Below are positions 13,780-27,927 of a stretch of DNA of 64,000 nucleotides, in pieces. Every line of letters starts with the position of its first letter. Positions within the stretch are counted from its first letter, which is position 1. Made by a program: the position numbers and the translations under genes. The notes beneath the pieces are model-generated. The model made no database searches, was not told the origin of the DNA, and saw only the letters and a program-made list of their open reading frames with translations. Source of the DNA: Paraspadella gotoi (taxonomy: Eukaryota; Animalia; Chaetognatha); NCBI GenBank assembly GCA_051294375.1, contig CM119266.1:16114087-16178086 (forward strand), in the 5' to 3' direction.

Positions 13780-13975
13780 GTTCTTTTTGGTTGAAAAAAC
13801 CGCAATCTTGAAGGAGCAATAACAATTTAGTGTTCATGGGGCCGCGGAGAACGCTTCACTCTATTAGAGGCCCCATAACCAGGAATTTCCTATCGTCTGT
13901 GTGGGGATGGTGGAGAAGATGAGAGAGAGAGAGGGATGAGAGAGAGATCGAGATGAGAGAGAGAGAGAGGAGAGA

Positions 13976-14023
<48 letters not shown>

Positions 14024-14866
14024 AAGGGAGGGAAATATTCGAATGGAATGGTTTAATACTTTTATTTAGGAGAGTGATTACTTCTAAAAGTAAACGTGCC
14101 CGCTCAGATGTTCCTCTCAATAAGCCTCGAGTTCTTAATAGCATTTCTCGCCTTTTCTCTCACCCCATCTCTCCCTCTTCGACGCATCTGAAGACGAGAA
14201 TCACGAGGAGGTGTGTCTGGGGGTAAAATTGCGGCGTCGGCGAGGCGTTTTTGGACGTCGTTTTCCGGCGGCGTCTTTGCTCGGCTCCAGCGCCGGCGAT
14301 TCTGGCGGCGCCAGTTTCATCCGGCAGGGGTCACCTATTAGAGCCGCGTCGGTCTCATCTCGTTTATGGGGCGGCGAGGGATTGTTGTTTAATGTTTTAT
14401 TGCCACTTTTCTGGCTCGACGCGCCGGCGTTTGGCCACGCCCACGCTCGCGGGGTTGTAGGGTGGGAGGGTAATCGTGAGAACATCACTCGCGGACGTAC
14501 GGAACTTTCACGATCTCGGATCGACTAATTCCAATTAACACGTGACTTAAAAGAAATTGATTGTGAGAAAGAGACGCCGCCCAAACATCGTCGGATGTAC
14601 AAGTTATAACAAGAGTTTGATGTTTTAACTTTCAAATCTCAACCGGGCAACTTTCTTCGGATTTTCTCTTTTCTCTTTTCTCCTTTATTTAAATTGAAAA
14701 GAAAAAAAAAAGTTTCGATGACGAATGCCTCAGCCTCCCGATCCTTGGCAGGTTATTCCTACTGGGACCCACAAACAGGCGGGGAACGAGGAAGGGAAAA
14801 TTCGAAAAACTTCCCTTTTATTTATGTCAAAAGTAAAATTGAAAAATAAAAAATCCACCGCCCCCA

Positions 14867-14915
<49 letters not shown>

Positions 14916-15167
14916 CGGATCCAAGAGAAACTAAAAAGATATGGGACTTGACTTTTACGGGAACAAGGAGACAGAGACACGGGAGAACAACGCTTAACGA
15001 CTTCTTTATTTTAAATTTCAGGTCTTTTCCATTTCTTTTTCTTTTTCCTTTTTTTTTCTCTTTTTTCTCTTTTTCTCTTTATATTAGATATGTTTTGTCC
15101 TTTCTTACCAATTTAATTAAAATCCTATATTCACCTTTCTTCAGAAACAACAAATAACAAGCCAAAA

Positions 15168-15389
15168 AAGGCTAACATATTAACTCGAAATATGATTTTC
15201 TCTTTAAAAATAAAAACAATTCGTTTTCAGTAAGCAAAATAAACAATTTCACTTAATTTGAATGAATATAACAATAATATAACTTTATGTTTATCGGCCG
15301 TGGATCGCCGACTCATGAAAACTGAAGATCACAGATTGAGCCCCGCATCCTTCTCTCTATCTTTCTCTATCGCGAAAGAAAAAACACGC

Positions 15390-15420
<31 letters not shown>

Positions 15421-18400
15421 AAAGGGCACAGACGACACAGACGAGCAAGGAAAAAAAGGTCTTCCCAATTCCGGGCCTGATCCCCGATGACCATTAACAC
15501 GCTCGACAAATGACATACCGGAGAAGTAGGAGGACGAGGAGGCGGGAGGAAAGAAAGTCACCCATGGGTGGGTCGATGTGACGAGGAGGTAGGCGCGAGG
15601 TCGTCGTTAGCGCGATTGCGCATGCGTTAAACGTCAACGCGAGGCTAACTTCGTCCTATTCGTTGTTGTAGTTGTTACCAATGCCTAGATGAATATCGGT
15701 GGTTGATCCCGTCATCATCATTCATAAACCTCGCGATTTTGCGTTTTCGCTTTAGTGGTTTTCATCATCGTCGCTGACGCTGTCGACATGTACAAACAAT
15801 GTCAAGCATTCCAGTTAGCATTATAAATAAACTCTTTTCTTCTACGAACTTTCTCCCAAAAAAGTCAATCATCATGATTAGCTAATACCGCCTCATAACA
15901 TCCGAAAAAATCTATACTACAACTTTAGCAGCATTCCCGTAATTCATAGCACAGCCTCTTTTTCTAACCTTCTTAGCCAGACTGAGGAGTGACGGACGAA
16001 AGGAGATTAGGGAAGCAGATTGCGAATTGACGGGGGAGAGGTTAAGGAGTAGAGGGAGAGCAGGGAGTGGCGGTTGAAGGTCGCAGAGAAGGTGGGCGCT
16101 CGAACATGCGGCCGAGAGAAATGTACCGAAAAATACTTGGCGCCGCTTTTCGCGGGAGAGAGAGAGGGGGGGGGGGAGACGGAGATCGCGAGATGGAACG
16201 AACGTCGAGATGTAAATTGAGAAAAAAACGGGAGGGAGAATGAGAGGATGGTCGGTCGGAGAGAGAGGGGGACAGAAGATGTGGAGACCGGAAGCGATCT
16301 TGGCGTCCGTCCACAGCGGATTGGGACGGTGCCGAAAATAGGTTTCGCTCGAAATCGAGTCGTTCTGTCAGGATTTGCGCATTGATTTTTTTGAAGGAAA
16401 AATCTGGTCGGACGCGAGGAAAGACGTTTCCATCGCAGGATCTCGTGGCGACGTTGGTCAGAAGCGGTGTCGATTCATGAGTGATAGTCGGGTTCGATAC
16501 TGGCATGCATCATCGGTGGTTAGAAGATTAGATGTTCTGAAATATTATGCTTTGTCAATTTGGGGTAAAATTTCGTTTGATTGAAAAAGAAATATTATTT
16601 ATTTGTCGATAATCTATCATTTTAAATAAGGGTGAGTCTCCTATCCAATTGACACCTGAAAAATTTTAACAGAAGTCGATTAATTGAATTCTTAATCTCT
16701 GAAGCTCGACAAAAGCGGCCCAATTCTCGTTCTTTGTTCCTTTAGAAAGTCGCGAGAATAAAAAAAGAAAAAAAAAAATCTGTAAAAAAGAGGAGAGAAT
16801 CGCGGGGCGGAACCCGGCCGATTCCGCGGCAATTCGGCGTTCAGTCCTTTTCTCTTTATCGCTACTCTTCCGGTTAACGACGGACTAATGGACGGAGATT
16901 CTCCGAGAAGACCCTGGAGGCGTGGCGGAGAGAAAGGGAACGCCCCTTCGAGGGGGCGAGGGGAAATGGAAGGAAGAGGAGGGGGAAAAGATTGAATTAC
17001 AGTTCAAATAAAGCTCAATAAAATAGGACAAACTCGATTGTCTATCGCTTCTATATATTTTTTTTTGTTTTTGAATTTTTCTCGGGAGATCAGTTCTTTA
17101 AACTATTTTTTATGTTTCTTTCCTCCTTTCTCCTTTCCTTTTCCGCCCCCTGTACCCCTTCCCTCCCAACCCTAGGAGCCCTTCCCTTTCCTCGCTTTTC
17201 CTTTCCTCGAGCTTGTCTCACTACCGCGCCGGCCTGAAGAACAAGGAAACGAAACGGACTCACATGCCTATTGTCCAGACCTGAATCAGACCGTGTGGCT
17301 AATAAGGTGACCATTCTTCCAGCTCTTCCTTCCCCATTCCTCTTCTTTCTTTTTTTTTTTTTTTCCTCTTTTTCCCGTCCTCCTACGCTTCGCGGTGCTC
17401 AGATCGTCTGAGTACAACGTAAATAGTATAATCCCAGGTCTTCAACCCTTTTCTGTTTTTTTTTCGACCCCTGTATGGAAACGACCTCCTTTTTTCTTTC
17501 ATAATCACCTGCCATCAAAACTCTACTCCTCCTCCCTCTCTCTCCGTTATTCCATTCCTCCTGGAGGTCGTTCTCGTAATGGGGTTGGTTCCTTGTAATT
17601 CCTGATCGTTTGGCGTCTCAGAGTCCAAGAACGTCGCCATTCTTCAGACGCATTATTCTTCCTCCTCCTTCCCTCTGTCCCCTCCCCTTCTCCTCGGATG
17701 TCGACCGGCCTCATCCGGCGCTATCTCCTCAGCCCAGGCAATAATTCCTCGTTTTCCTTCTTCGTGTCCTCTGCCGTCCTTACCCAAGAACGCCGCCGAC
17801 GATGACAGAGAGAAAATGGATTTTCTTTATTCAGTTCAAAAGAAATTACAAAAAAAATTGCAACTTGATACCGATTCCCTTTTCGTTTTCATTCGCGTTT
17901 GAACTTGAAAATGCTGAATCGAGCCGACTTCTTCTTAAGAAATCGAGCCACTGATGTAGAAAAAGGAAAAGAACTGTAACCGTGTATGCAAATGTTTTCG
18001 TGTGTTTACAAATTTTTTGACAAATTTTACATAAAAAAAAAAAAAGGTTGTACAAAACGTTACACATTAGCAGAAATTCCGTAGTACCAATACCCCTGTA
18101 CGAATGTCACTCCCAGTTCCAATCGCCCCCGCAAGCCCTGTCCAGGGCGCCGATCCCGCGCCACCAGAATCCCTCCCGGATGAAAGACCGGCTCGTGCAA
18201 AATAGGAGATGGAGGATGTTGTCGCTTCTCCCTCGTGACGGGCGTTCTCAAACAGCCTCGACCAGCAGATCCGGCTCGCTCAGGAACTTGAAGTCCCAGG
18301 GCGGCGCATTGGCCTTCGAGGAGGGCCTAGTTCGACGCCGCGGCGCCGCCAACCGCCAGCTTTGTGACGGCCGAGGGACGCGTCCTGTTTGGCGCATGAG

Positions 18401-21400
18401 TTCCTCGACTCTTTGAGGTGAGGGGGGTAGGAAGACGAATGGACAGGAATTTTTCGTTTAAGACGCCTTAAAAACGTAATACCAATTAAATGCAGCAAAT
18501 CACCATTTCCTAATGCCCATAGCAAAAATAAAACAAAATTAAAAAAATAAAAAAAATATCAAATCGAAGCGGACCGACCTCTCTTCTTCCTCAATCTTCC
18601 ATCTGTCTCTGCCTCCGACGAAACTCATCCTTGTCTTGACTCACGCACGCCGGATGCAGGGAAGCGCCGCCTCGACTCCGCTGCCCACTCGCGGCCTTCG
18701 GAGCCCCAAATTGGCGCCGCGGCCGTTATGCGCGCGACAATACGGAGCCCCATTCGCCTTCGGCTCCGCGTCTCGGCCGGACGCAGAGCAGCGCTAATTT
18801 TTCCCCGGCTCGCCCGGCCCGCAGCACCGACTCTATTGTTAACCGCAAAACCAAATCTGCCACCGCCTCTCAACGCTGTCGTCGAACATGGCCGACAGCT
18901 GTCGGCGCGGTTGGACTGGCGTTGTCGATCGATAGGTGTAGAAACCTTTGAATGGACGTTTGGCCGTAAAACATAGATTTATTCAAAACTAAAAAAAAAT
19001 TTACTATTAGTTTTAAACATTTAACATTCTTTTCGCCTTACCCCTAAATATAGTGCGGCGCGGATGAACTCCGTCTCGGCTTCACCTCTCCACCACACCC
19101 ATCCATCTTTCCTCCTCCGCCAACTTCCTCCGATACGCCGACGAAGTTGTCGCGTCATCGGTGACCCTCACCAAGCACATCGCGTCTCGCAAGGCCTCGG
19201 GGTGCTCCTCCCTCACCAGGCGCCAGACTGTCTGCCCAGTCGGAAAACGGGGAGGATTCTCAATCCGGCCGAGATGGCGAAAGCCGATTGTATAAAGTTG
19301 CGAAAATGAGGCGCAAGTGCGGGCGCGACGCGGAGCCACTTGCGCACACCACCTCGCCTGCGCTCGGCGTGGAGCGGCCGACGCAGCGTCTCCGTCGCCA
19401 CGAGGGTGGGACGACGCGTGCATATCGAAGTGGTCGGAGCAAACCTAGGCCGAGTGCTAGGTTCGTCGAGCTGGCGCCGTTTTTACGAACCAATGACGCC
19501 GTGCGGCGACGCTCATGCTGCGTCCACGAAGTAGTCTGAGCGATTACTAGCCTCGAGTGCTGACGCGTGTAATGTGAGAAAGTCTGGTGTCGGCGCATCG
19601 ATGGAGACGTTCATCTCCATGGCGACGGACTCGGCGCCTGATACTACATACAAATCCAATTCAAAGCGTGCTAAGCAGTTCTGCGCACACAAGACGACGA
19701 TCGTGTGAAGAGTTGCGATACCATGTCGCGCCGCACCTGCGAGTATGAACATTTGATGGCTTCGGAAGGGCTCGTTGAGACGACCGACCGAAGTGAGATA
19801 AGTAGGAAGTGCTTCGGTGTGCAACATAGGAACTCGGCGAAATGTCTCGACGAGGGATTGGAGTGCATTCGTCACTGGATAAAGAGTAATGTGAACTAGT
19901 GGATGATGTAAATTGAAAATCTTCAAGAACGTGCTATGAAGTATTAGGTTCTAAAAAGATCTTTCCCGAAAGTCTTTCAGAGCCTTATTTTGATTTTGAA
20001 TACAATATTAACATGTTGATTATTTATATCACTATCTCAGTAAACTAAGTTAAAAATTTACAACCCGAGACCATAGTTTCACGCTCCACACCTTTGAAGC
20101 GGTCGCAGAGACACGGCCTGTTCCTCTTCCTCAGCGTCTGGCATGACGAAGTCGGCCGGATAAGCGCCAGTCCAGCGATCTCCAGAAATCGGCGTCGGCG
20201 CCAGAGTCGGTGAGGTCGCCCGTCGACGCCGTCAAATAGCGGCAGGTAGCGATTCCTCCCCCTCGAGGGCACGCCGCCTCCTCCATCCCGCCGATCCTGT
20301 GACATCGTTCATATTTAATAATTATTGGTAACGATTGCTTATATAAATTAGTCATTTTGATATGACCGGCAATATAAGAATCGTGTTTCAATGTTCAGCT
20401 TATATAATATATTTATATATAAATGAGCTTTCCCTGACCCGCTTGTCCATCTCCAAAAAATTAGTGTCCGATTCGGAGAGGCTCCGCTTGAGGGCGCGAG
20501 GGAGGCAGAATATCGCACGGGTTTCCGCGTGACGCGGTGACGCGACGCCGGCGGCGAAAAGTCGACCCACGCAAAAGACGATGGACGCAGAACCGACGCG
20601 CGCCGCCGAAAGGGCGTCGCCTAGCGGTTGAACCATTGATGTTACTTTACATATTTAATATAACACTAACAACACTAACATTCCTCTCTCCATTATTAAA
20701 TATTAATTATTAAATAGAAATAAAATAGTAATTTAAAATCTAATACTTGAATTATACGTAATATTTCATTTTTAAAAATTTTTTTGTTTTAATTTGGTCT
20801 AATATAGTTAAACAAGTTAATACTTGTCTTGCGGTGTGGGTGCGGTACAAAACGCACAGACAAATCTTGAACAGACCTTATTTAAAAGTTTAAAAATGGG
20901 ATGTGACACTTTGAAACAGAAATTGTAGACAAATACCGTCGCTTTCGTCGTAGACGTCGTCGTCAGGCGTCCGACGACTTCCCGCAGCGTGGCGTCGACC
21001 ATGTAACGGAGCCAGCGCGCCAGGTGCTCCTGATCCGTGACCGATGTGGCCGCCAGCGCTCGAAGACGTAACAATAGGCGATCGCCGTTGGATAACGAAC
21101 AACGAGATCGTGACGCCGCATCGGTTCCCATCCTGACCCAGTCAAGGGGATCATCTTTAGGCAGTTCCAGCTGGTCCCGCGTCCGACGAGCGATGCGGCG
21201 ATTAAAGGTGCTCGTCCGAAAGAGCTCCAACAAAGTATGCGCCACCCAAGAGGCAGTCACCGGCCCGCCGGCCTCGTCCTCGAAAAGATCTTCGTTGCGC
21301 GTATCGCCGACGCGATAGAAGACGCCTCGAGCGAAGACGCGCGTCCCAAGTACGCGCGTTACTCTCCGACGGCTAAAAGAGTTTTGAAGCAGGCGATGCG

Positions 21401-24400
21401 ACGGCGCCGGTCAGGAACAGGTGCGGTGCCAGCGGCGACGCCAAGGAAAAGGGTCGCCAAGTTATTCTGTGACGTCGACAGGGTGGTGGCGCATTCGTCG
21501 CCCACTCGGGAGCGAATCGACCGGAATGGCCGGAAATTAGGTCCGGTTTACCGACAAAAGGTGAATGGATGAACCGTTAAAATTTCGGCGCGTTGCCAGG
21601 GGTAAAGGGGGGTTTGAGTGCCTGTAGACCGCGGTGGTTGCCCGTCAAGGGCGGGTCACGCCAGGACTGTTCACCATGCGACGCAACATTTCGGCTCCGG
21701 ATTTTCAGAGGGCGGTTATTGACGCTGACAGAATATGGCCGCCGGGTTTCGCTTTCTTTGCCGATTCTGGCGCCGACGGATTCCAGAATCGGCGGAGACG
21801 TCACGGCAACTCTGGAGAGGAAGAGGATTAAAAAAAATCAGACAAAACAACAAAAAGTTGACATTTTAAAAAAATCGAAGCCATTTTATTTTAATGTAAT
21901 TTATCCTCGCTAATAATCTTTTTACAAAATGATAGAGTTTAATCATTGTCCCTTACTTTCGAATTCCATCGGTTCGTTTCCGGCGTTGTTTTACTTATCG
22001 TCTCCGTCGTCGTTCGTCGGCCGCGCTGTGAGCGTACGTTTTTTGGTCTGCGTCTTCGAGGGCGTCGTCTTCGTCGCCGAGCTAATGAGTGCTGAGGGAT
22101 AGGTGCGGCGTCTCTTCAGCGTGAAGCGGAGGATGCTGCGCCGCAATTCTACCTCCTCGGATCGTCGTCTCATCAAAGCGTGGACGGAGTCTCGTCGATA
22201 CTGCGCTCATCGAGAAAAGTTTTCTCGTCGCATTCAGTCTCGAAATTCTCAAAACATTGTGATCATGCCACTGCCTAACTTCTTTATTCAGAGAAGTAAT
22301 TATTCTACCATTCAGGTTTCTTCTTTTATGGTTGACAAATTGCTTTTCCTTTTTTTTATCTGTTTCAAAAATTGTTTTCAACTTTTGTAGAATTAAAGTT
22401 AACAAATTAAACTTGAAGATTTCGGAAAGGTGAAATTTTTATGACTGGAAAGTTTAAAACAGATTACTTAAAGCAACGGTCGCACGCTCTCTTTCTTTCT
22501 ATTTTATATGTTAATTTATATTTCTTTGCCGTTTCGTTTTATCCATAATATACGTTTTTAACACTCCAAGTAAATCTTCCCGCCTCTGACAATAACAAGG
22601 AGATGTCCGCCAACAAAGTTTGATAATTTTCCCTGAAATCATCATTTTGAGACGAGGGCCCGGCGACCGGCGGCCGAGGCCAGATGGTCTCGTGAGAAAC
22701 CGACCTTTATGCCCATCAGGTGACCTCGATCTTGACCTCTTGGGAAGTTTTGAAAAACCCACCAGTTTTTTCCTCTCTTAATCGTCTTTTCTAAGAGAAA
22801 GAGATAAGTAGTAATACTTAAAATGTATTCTAAAGATATGTACATTAGTTAAACAGAATTTGATATTGTATTACTTGAATTATTTAATTATTAGTACTTC
22901 CGCAAGTTTGGTTCATTCTCATGTACAGAAATCGGAACCTTCTTTGTCCAATCAACATTTCTCCTTCTAATCTGTTACTCCCGCTTAATTTTAAACGTTG
23001 ACGTGGCCACTCCGTCACTTGGTCATCCGCCTACTTCTCACTCATAAAATCCGTTCCCGCTCCCTCTCACCGCCGAAATAAATTTCGTCATCTCGTCGTT
23101 GAGCGCCGCGATCCGTTAGAGGCGCGATATATTGCGGGCAATAACTTCACCTCGGGCTGTCTTTTGTTCGACGATCTTCTCCTTTTCTTAACGCAAGGGG
23201 CGCCAATATCGAAGAGAAAAACGGAAGAGAGGATATGGAGAAAGGAGTGAGAGAGAGAGAGAGAGAGAGAAGAGAGAAGAGAGAGAGAGAGAGAGCGTTC
23301 GAATGAATGGGCGACGAAGAAAGAAGGGAGAGCGAGAGAAGGACGTGAGTATTGCCGTTGCAGTATCTTCCAAGTCATCGCTCTCAAACAACGCGCTTGA
23401 TTTCGCACTTAAAAGAAACGTCGTCGGCTTTCGGCGGGGCCAAGAACCGAGCGCAAAGAAGACGCGCGGTTTATTGCGGAGCGAGCGGTGCCGGTTATTG
23501 CGCGCGCATGTGGCGCCGGTTTGTCGTTCGAACTCAGGTCCTCATAAACGTTCGGCGTTCAGCGGCCGCTTTCTCCGGTCGCCGAGCATGGATGAGGGGC
23601 GATGACGTCGGAAAAGCGGGCGTCGAATTCCAGTTTTGTCATCGTCGTCATCGTCGGGTCTTTATCGTCGTCGCCGACGCTTGGCTCAGCCGTGATGCAA
23701 ACCTCGACCGAGATGCTCTGGAATGCAATTGGAGCAGCCTCTTCGTTCTCCGCAATGAATTTCTCGCATCTCCAAACGTCAAATATCGACAAGGGTTTTT
23801 TTTTAAATCAGTATTTTCGAAAATATTGGACAAAGATTTGAAAACCTTTAGAGTTAGGACTGAGTTCAGGACTAAGATGCCCCACAATTCACCGATCCTA
23901 GTAATCACTATTTCAAATCTAAGAGATATTCATTTCCCCAATAAAAAAACCAAACCACGACCTCGTCCCTTCGTCTATCGTCGATCATAACACGTCCCGT
24001 TTGTCAATCGGAGGAGATCAAGGTTCGTCTCCACCCATTTCCGTAGGTAAATAATAATTAATAACGCCAACGTTAGTGCGAATTATCGTCGACAATCGTC
24101 GTGTTTTTATTTCTCCGAGGCTCTAATCCCTCATTTTCTCGACTTGAGAGAGTTGAGGGCCCGAGGCAATTTTTGTCATTTCTGATTCATCACGAATAAA
24201 CGACGTCGATCTCGAGGACGACGACGACGAAAAGACGACACGACGACGACTAAGACGAAGGAATTAGCGACGCTTCTGTTTCGCGCGCGTGCCTCGTACG
24301 TCACCGAGGCGTAGACACGTCAAACGGGGGAGCGTGGCTTTTGGGAGGGCGTCCACTTTTGGTCAATCCTAGTAGGTTAGAGAAAGGGTATTAAAAGTTC

Positions 24401-25799
24401 GCGGTTGATGGACGGAGCGATATTTTTTTATGAGCGTGAAGATTTAAAACAGAGATTTTAATTAACTGCGAAAAGGCAAAATAAATTCGGAATGTACAAG
24501 TTTATACCTCACAACTTTATCACAGTATCTTAGAGTAATAGAAGGGTTGTGACTTAGCCTTGAAGAAACAATAAACGAACATTTATATTTCTAAAAATAC
24601 AGATATTACAGATTACCATGATCGTGGTATTTTCATTATAAATAATCGTTGTATTCACTAATAAAAATAACAGCATTACCAATATTTTTTTTGTTTTTTG
24701 AGTAAAACTATTTGGTCAAGCAAGTGGATCAGACCTCGGTTGGATATTACTTAAGTTATGATAGTTTATACCACCGACTGCAGAGTCATAAGTTGATTAC
24801 GAGCTTCTCGATCGCCGATGAAGACGATGACGACGACAACGACGATGACTAGGCTTACAACATCGTCTATGTCGACCCGAGCCGAAGGACGGCGTCGCTC
24901 GGTCCCCGACCAATTTTCGACCGGACTGAGGATCTCGATTTCACGAAAGAAATGAATTTTAAATCTGTTTTGTCTCTGACGATTTTGGGAAAATCGGTCG
25001 CGGAGTCGATCCGACGAAACTAGGGAGAAGTGGAATCGGCGGAGATGCGGTCTTTGTGGAGGATGTGGATGATTTACAGCAGAAAACGATCGGCTGCAAA
25101 TTTACGTAAAAATGAAATACGTAGGGAGCAATCGGGTCGCTTCCATCGAGATCTGAAAAGCGTGAAGCGCTTACGGCTAAACTCGGGCGCTACACGACAA
25201 CAACGAAAAACTCTTCTCCTGACTCGTACGCGCCTCGAGGCGAAGTTATTCCGACCGGATGTAGCCTTTATGATCAGCGATAACGACGACGACGACGACG
25301 ACGATCGCGACGAAAAGTTTAAATTTGAAACCCGAGAACGTGAAGATGGCGGATGTGAAATTAACTGGGGATCGTTTTGCAACCTTTTTCGCGAATTGCG
25401 TATGAAGTCTTGTGACTACAAATTCATAAACGGCTCGATATTTTTCACTCCCTCTTCGCTCACTTTCTTGCTACTTTATTTTTTAAAATATTTAAAAGTT
25501 GATGAATGTCTTCTTCACAACATTCACGCTCTCCGTATTTTCCCCATTCTCCCTTGAAAGCTACATAATTCTTAATCCAATCTCATTATTTATTTGTGTA
25601 GGATGACGTCGTCATCCTTTCAACTTTAAATTACGAAAAAAAAAGAACCAATCGAAAAGTCTAGCTGCGATCGCAAAACAAATTGCTGACCGCTTGGGAA
25701 TATTAAGAGGTCTGTGGTTCGTGGGAAAACGCAGCGGGCGCCTATCGATGATTAGTGAGTGTTCTAGTGGATAGAGATCGGACATAGGGGGAAAAAAAA

Positions 25800-25866
<67 letters not shown>

Positions 25867-26191
25867 AGAGAGAGAGAAGAGAGCGCTACTCTTGTTTAAT
25901 TTTAACCAAAAAAAACTGAGCCGCCATCTTGATTCGCCGTCAAAGGCCAACGACATTGTCCGATCGAAGCCACTTTGAAAAAAAAATGGGGGCGCGCCGA
26001 GAGGGTTCGGAGGGATGGAGATCTATAGAGATCAACGACGAAACCAGTGAGGAGGAGGAGGAGGCGAAATAATTTGTTGAGAGGCCGTTTTTCGACGATG
26101 TGACTTTCGGATCAATCACCTCTCCCCCCAATTTCCATCGACCGCTGAATTCCCTCCCATTTCCATCTCGCCGCAAGAGCCACCTCGCATG

Positions 26192-26288
<97 letters not shown>

Positions 26289-26423
26289 GTTCTTTTTGGT
26301 TGAAAAAACCGCAATCTTGAAGAGCAATAACAATTTAAGTGTTCATGGGGCGCGAGAACGCTTCACCTATAGAGGCCCATAACCGGAATTTCCTATCGTT
26401 GGTGGGGAGGTGGAGTGAAGAAA

Positions 26424-26501
<78 letters not shown>

Positions 26502-27342
26502 AAGGGAGGGAAATATTCGAAGGAATGGTTTAATACTTTTATTTAGGAGATGATTACTTCTAAAAGTTAAACGTGGCCGCTCAGATGTTCTTCTCAATAA
26601 GCCTCGAGTTCTTATAGCATTTCTCGCCTTTCTCTCACCCCATCTTCCCTCTTCGACGTCTGTAGACGAAAATCACGAGGAGGTGTGTCTGGGGGTAAAA
26701 TTGCGGCGTCGGCGAGGCGTTTTTGGACGTCGTTTTCCGGCGGCGTCTTTGGCTCGCTCCAGCGCCGGGATTCTGCGGCGCCAGTTCATCGCGGCAGGGT
26801 CACTATTAGAGCCGCGTCGGTCTCATCTCGTTTTATGGGCGGCGAGGATTGTTGTTTAAGTTTTATTGCCACTTTTCTGGCTCGACGCGCCGGCGTTTGG
26901 CCACGCCCACGCTCGCGGGGTTGTAAGGGGGGAAGGGTAATCGTGAGAACATCACTCGCGGACGCACGGAACTTCACGATTCTCGATCGACTAATTCCAA
27001 TTAACACGTGGGAGATTAAAAGAAATTGATTGTGAGAAAGAGAACGCCGCCCAAACATCGTCGGATGTACAAGTTATAACAAGAGTTTGATGTTTTAACT
27101 TTCAAATCTCAACCGGGCAACTTTCTTCGGATTTTTCTCTTTTCTCTTTTCTCCTTTATTTAAATTGAAAGAAAAAAAAAGTTTCGATGACGAATGCCTC
27201 AGCCTCCGCCCCCGATCCTTGCAGGTTATTCCTACTGGACCCACAAACAGCGGGGAATAGGAAGGGAAAAATTCGAAAAACTTCCCTTTTATTTATGTCA
27301 AAAGTAAAATGAAAAATAAAAAAATCACCGCCCCCATCTTCT

Positions 27343-27387
<45 letters not shown>

Positions 27388-27655
27388 GGCGGATCAAGAG
27401 AAACTAAAAGATATGGGACTTGACTTTTACGGAACAAGGGACAGAGACACGGAGAACAACGCTTAACGACTTCTTTATTTAAATTTCAGGTCTTTTTCCA
27501 TTCTTTTCTTTTTCCTTTTTTTCTTCCTTCTTTTTTTTTCTCTCTCTTTTTCTTCTTTTTCTCTTTTATATTAGATATGTTTTTGTCCTTTCTTACCATT
27601 TAATTAAAATCCTATATTCACCTTTCTTCAGAAACAACAAATAAAACAGCCAAAA
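15168..27655. repeat. ~12.5 kb tandem duplication, copy 2 (indel-rich; probable uncorrected long-read haplotype)
   Basis: Colinear with copy 1 but has dense 1-nt indels (worst at 19300-20050) and several block indels. It ends ~115 nt before a 25-N gap. Confidence 0.93.
18107..22173 (-). pseudogene. Frameshifted second copy of the RasGEF gene (pseudogene or, more likely, sequencing-error copy)
   Basis: Fragments such as ATETLRR, HFRNF.QSAFAISAGLRILPVFRL, QTVWRLVREEHPEA and MRRRSEEVELRRSILR occur in shifting frames. Confidence 0.75.
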
Positions 27656-27927
27656 CCCCCCCCTCTCTAAAGTCATTTTCGCCCCCCGTTTGCCTTTTGT
27701 TTTTTTTTCCGCGTTATTTTCAAAAGCCGCTCGGTGGTTTCTTACATCGGCGAAGGGACGATTAACGTAANNNNNNNNNNNNNNNNNNNNNNNNNTAATT
27801 GCCTGAGAAACAAAACAACCCGCCAAAAAATAAAAAAATAAATAAATAATAATCCGCATCCGGCGTTATTCTCGAAAAACAACATCGTAAAGGGAAAATC
27901 GTAAAAATTTCACGTGAGCGCCCCCGC

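Larger units (their letters stand above)
3141..15167. repeat. ~12 kb tandem duplication, copy 1 (clean copy)
   Basis: Colinear with 15168-27655 throughout. Shared start AAGGCT(G/A)ACATATTAAC, shared end CCTTTCTTCAGAAACAACAAATAA. Confidence 0.95.

Noticed and set aside
19260-20050. Apparently novel ORFs in copy 2
   Set aside because: This is the RasGEF exon 5 region inflated by insertion errors.
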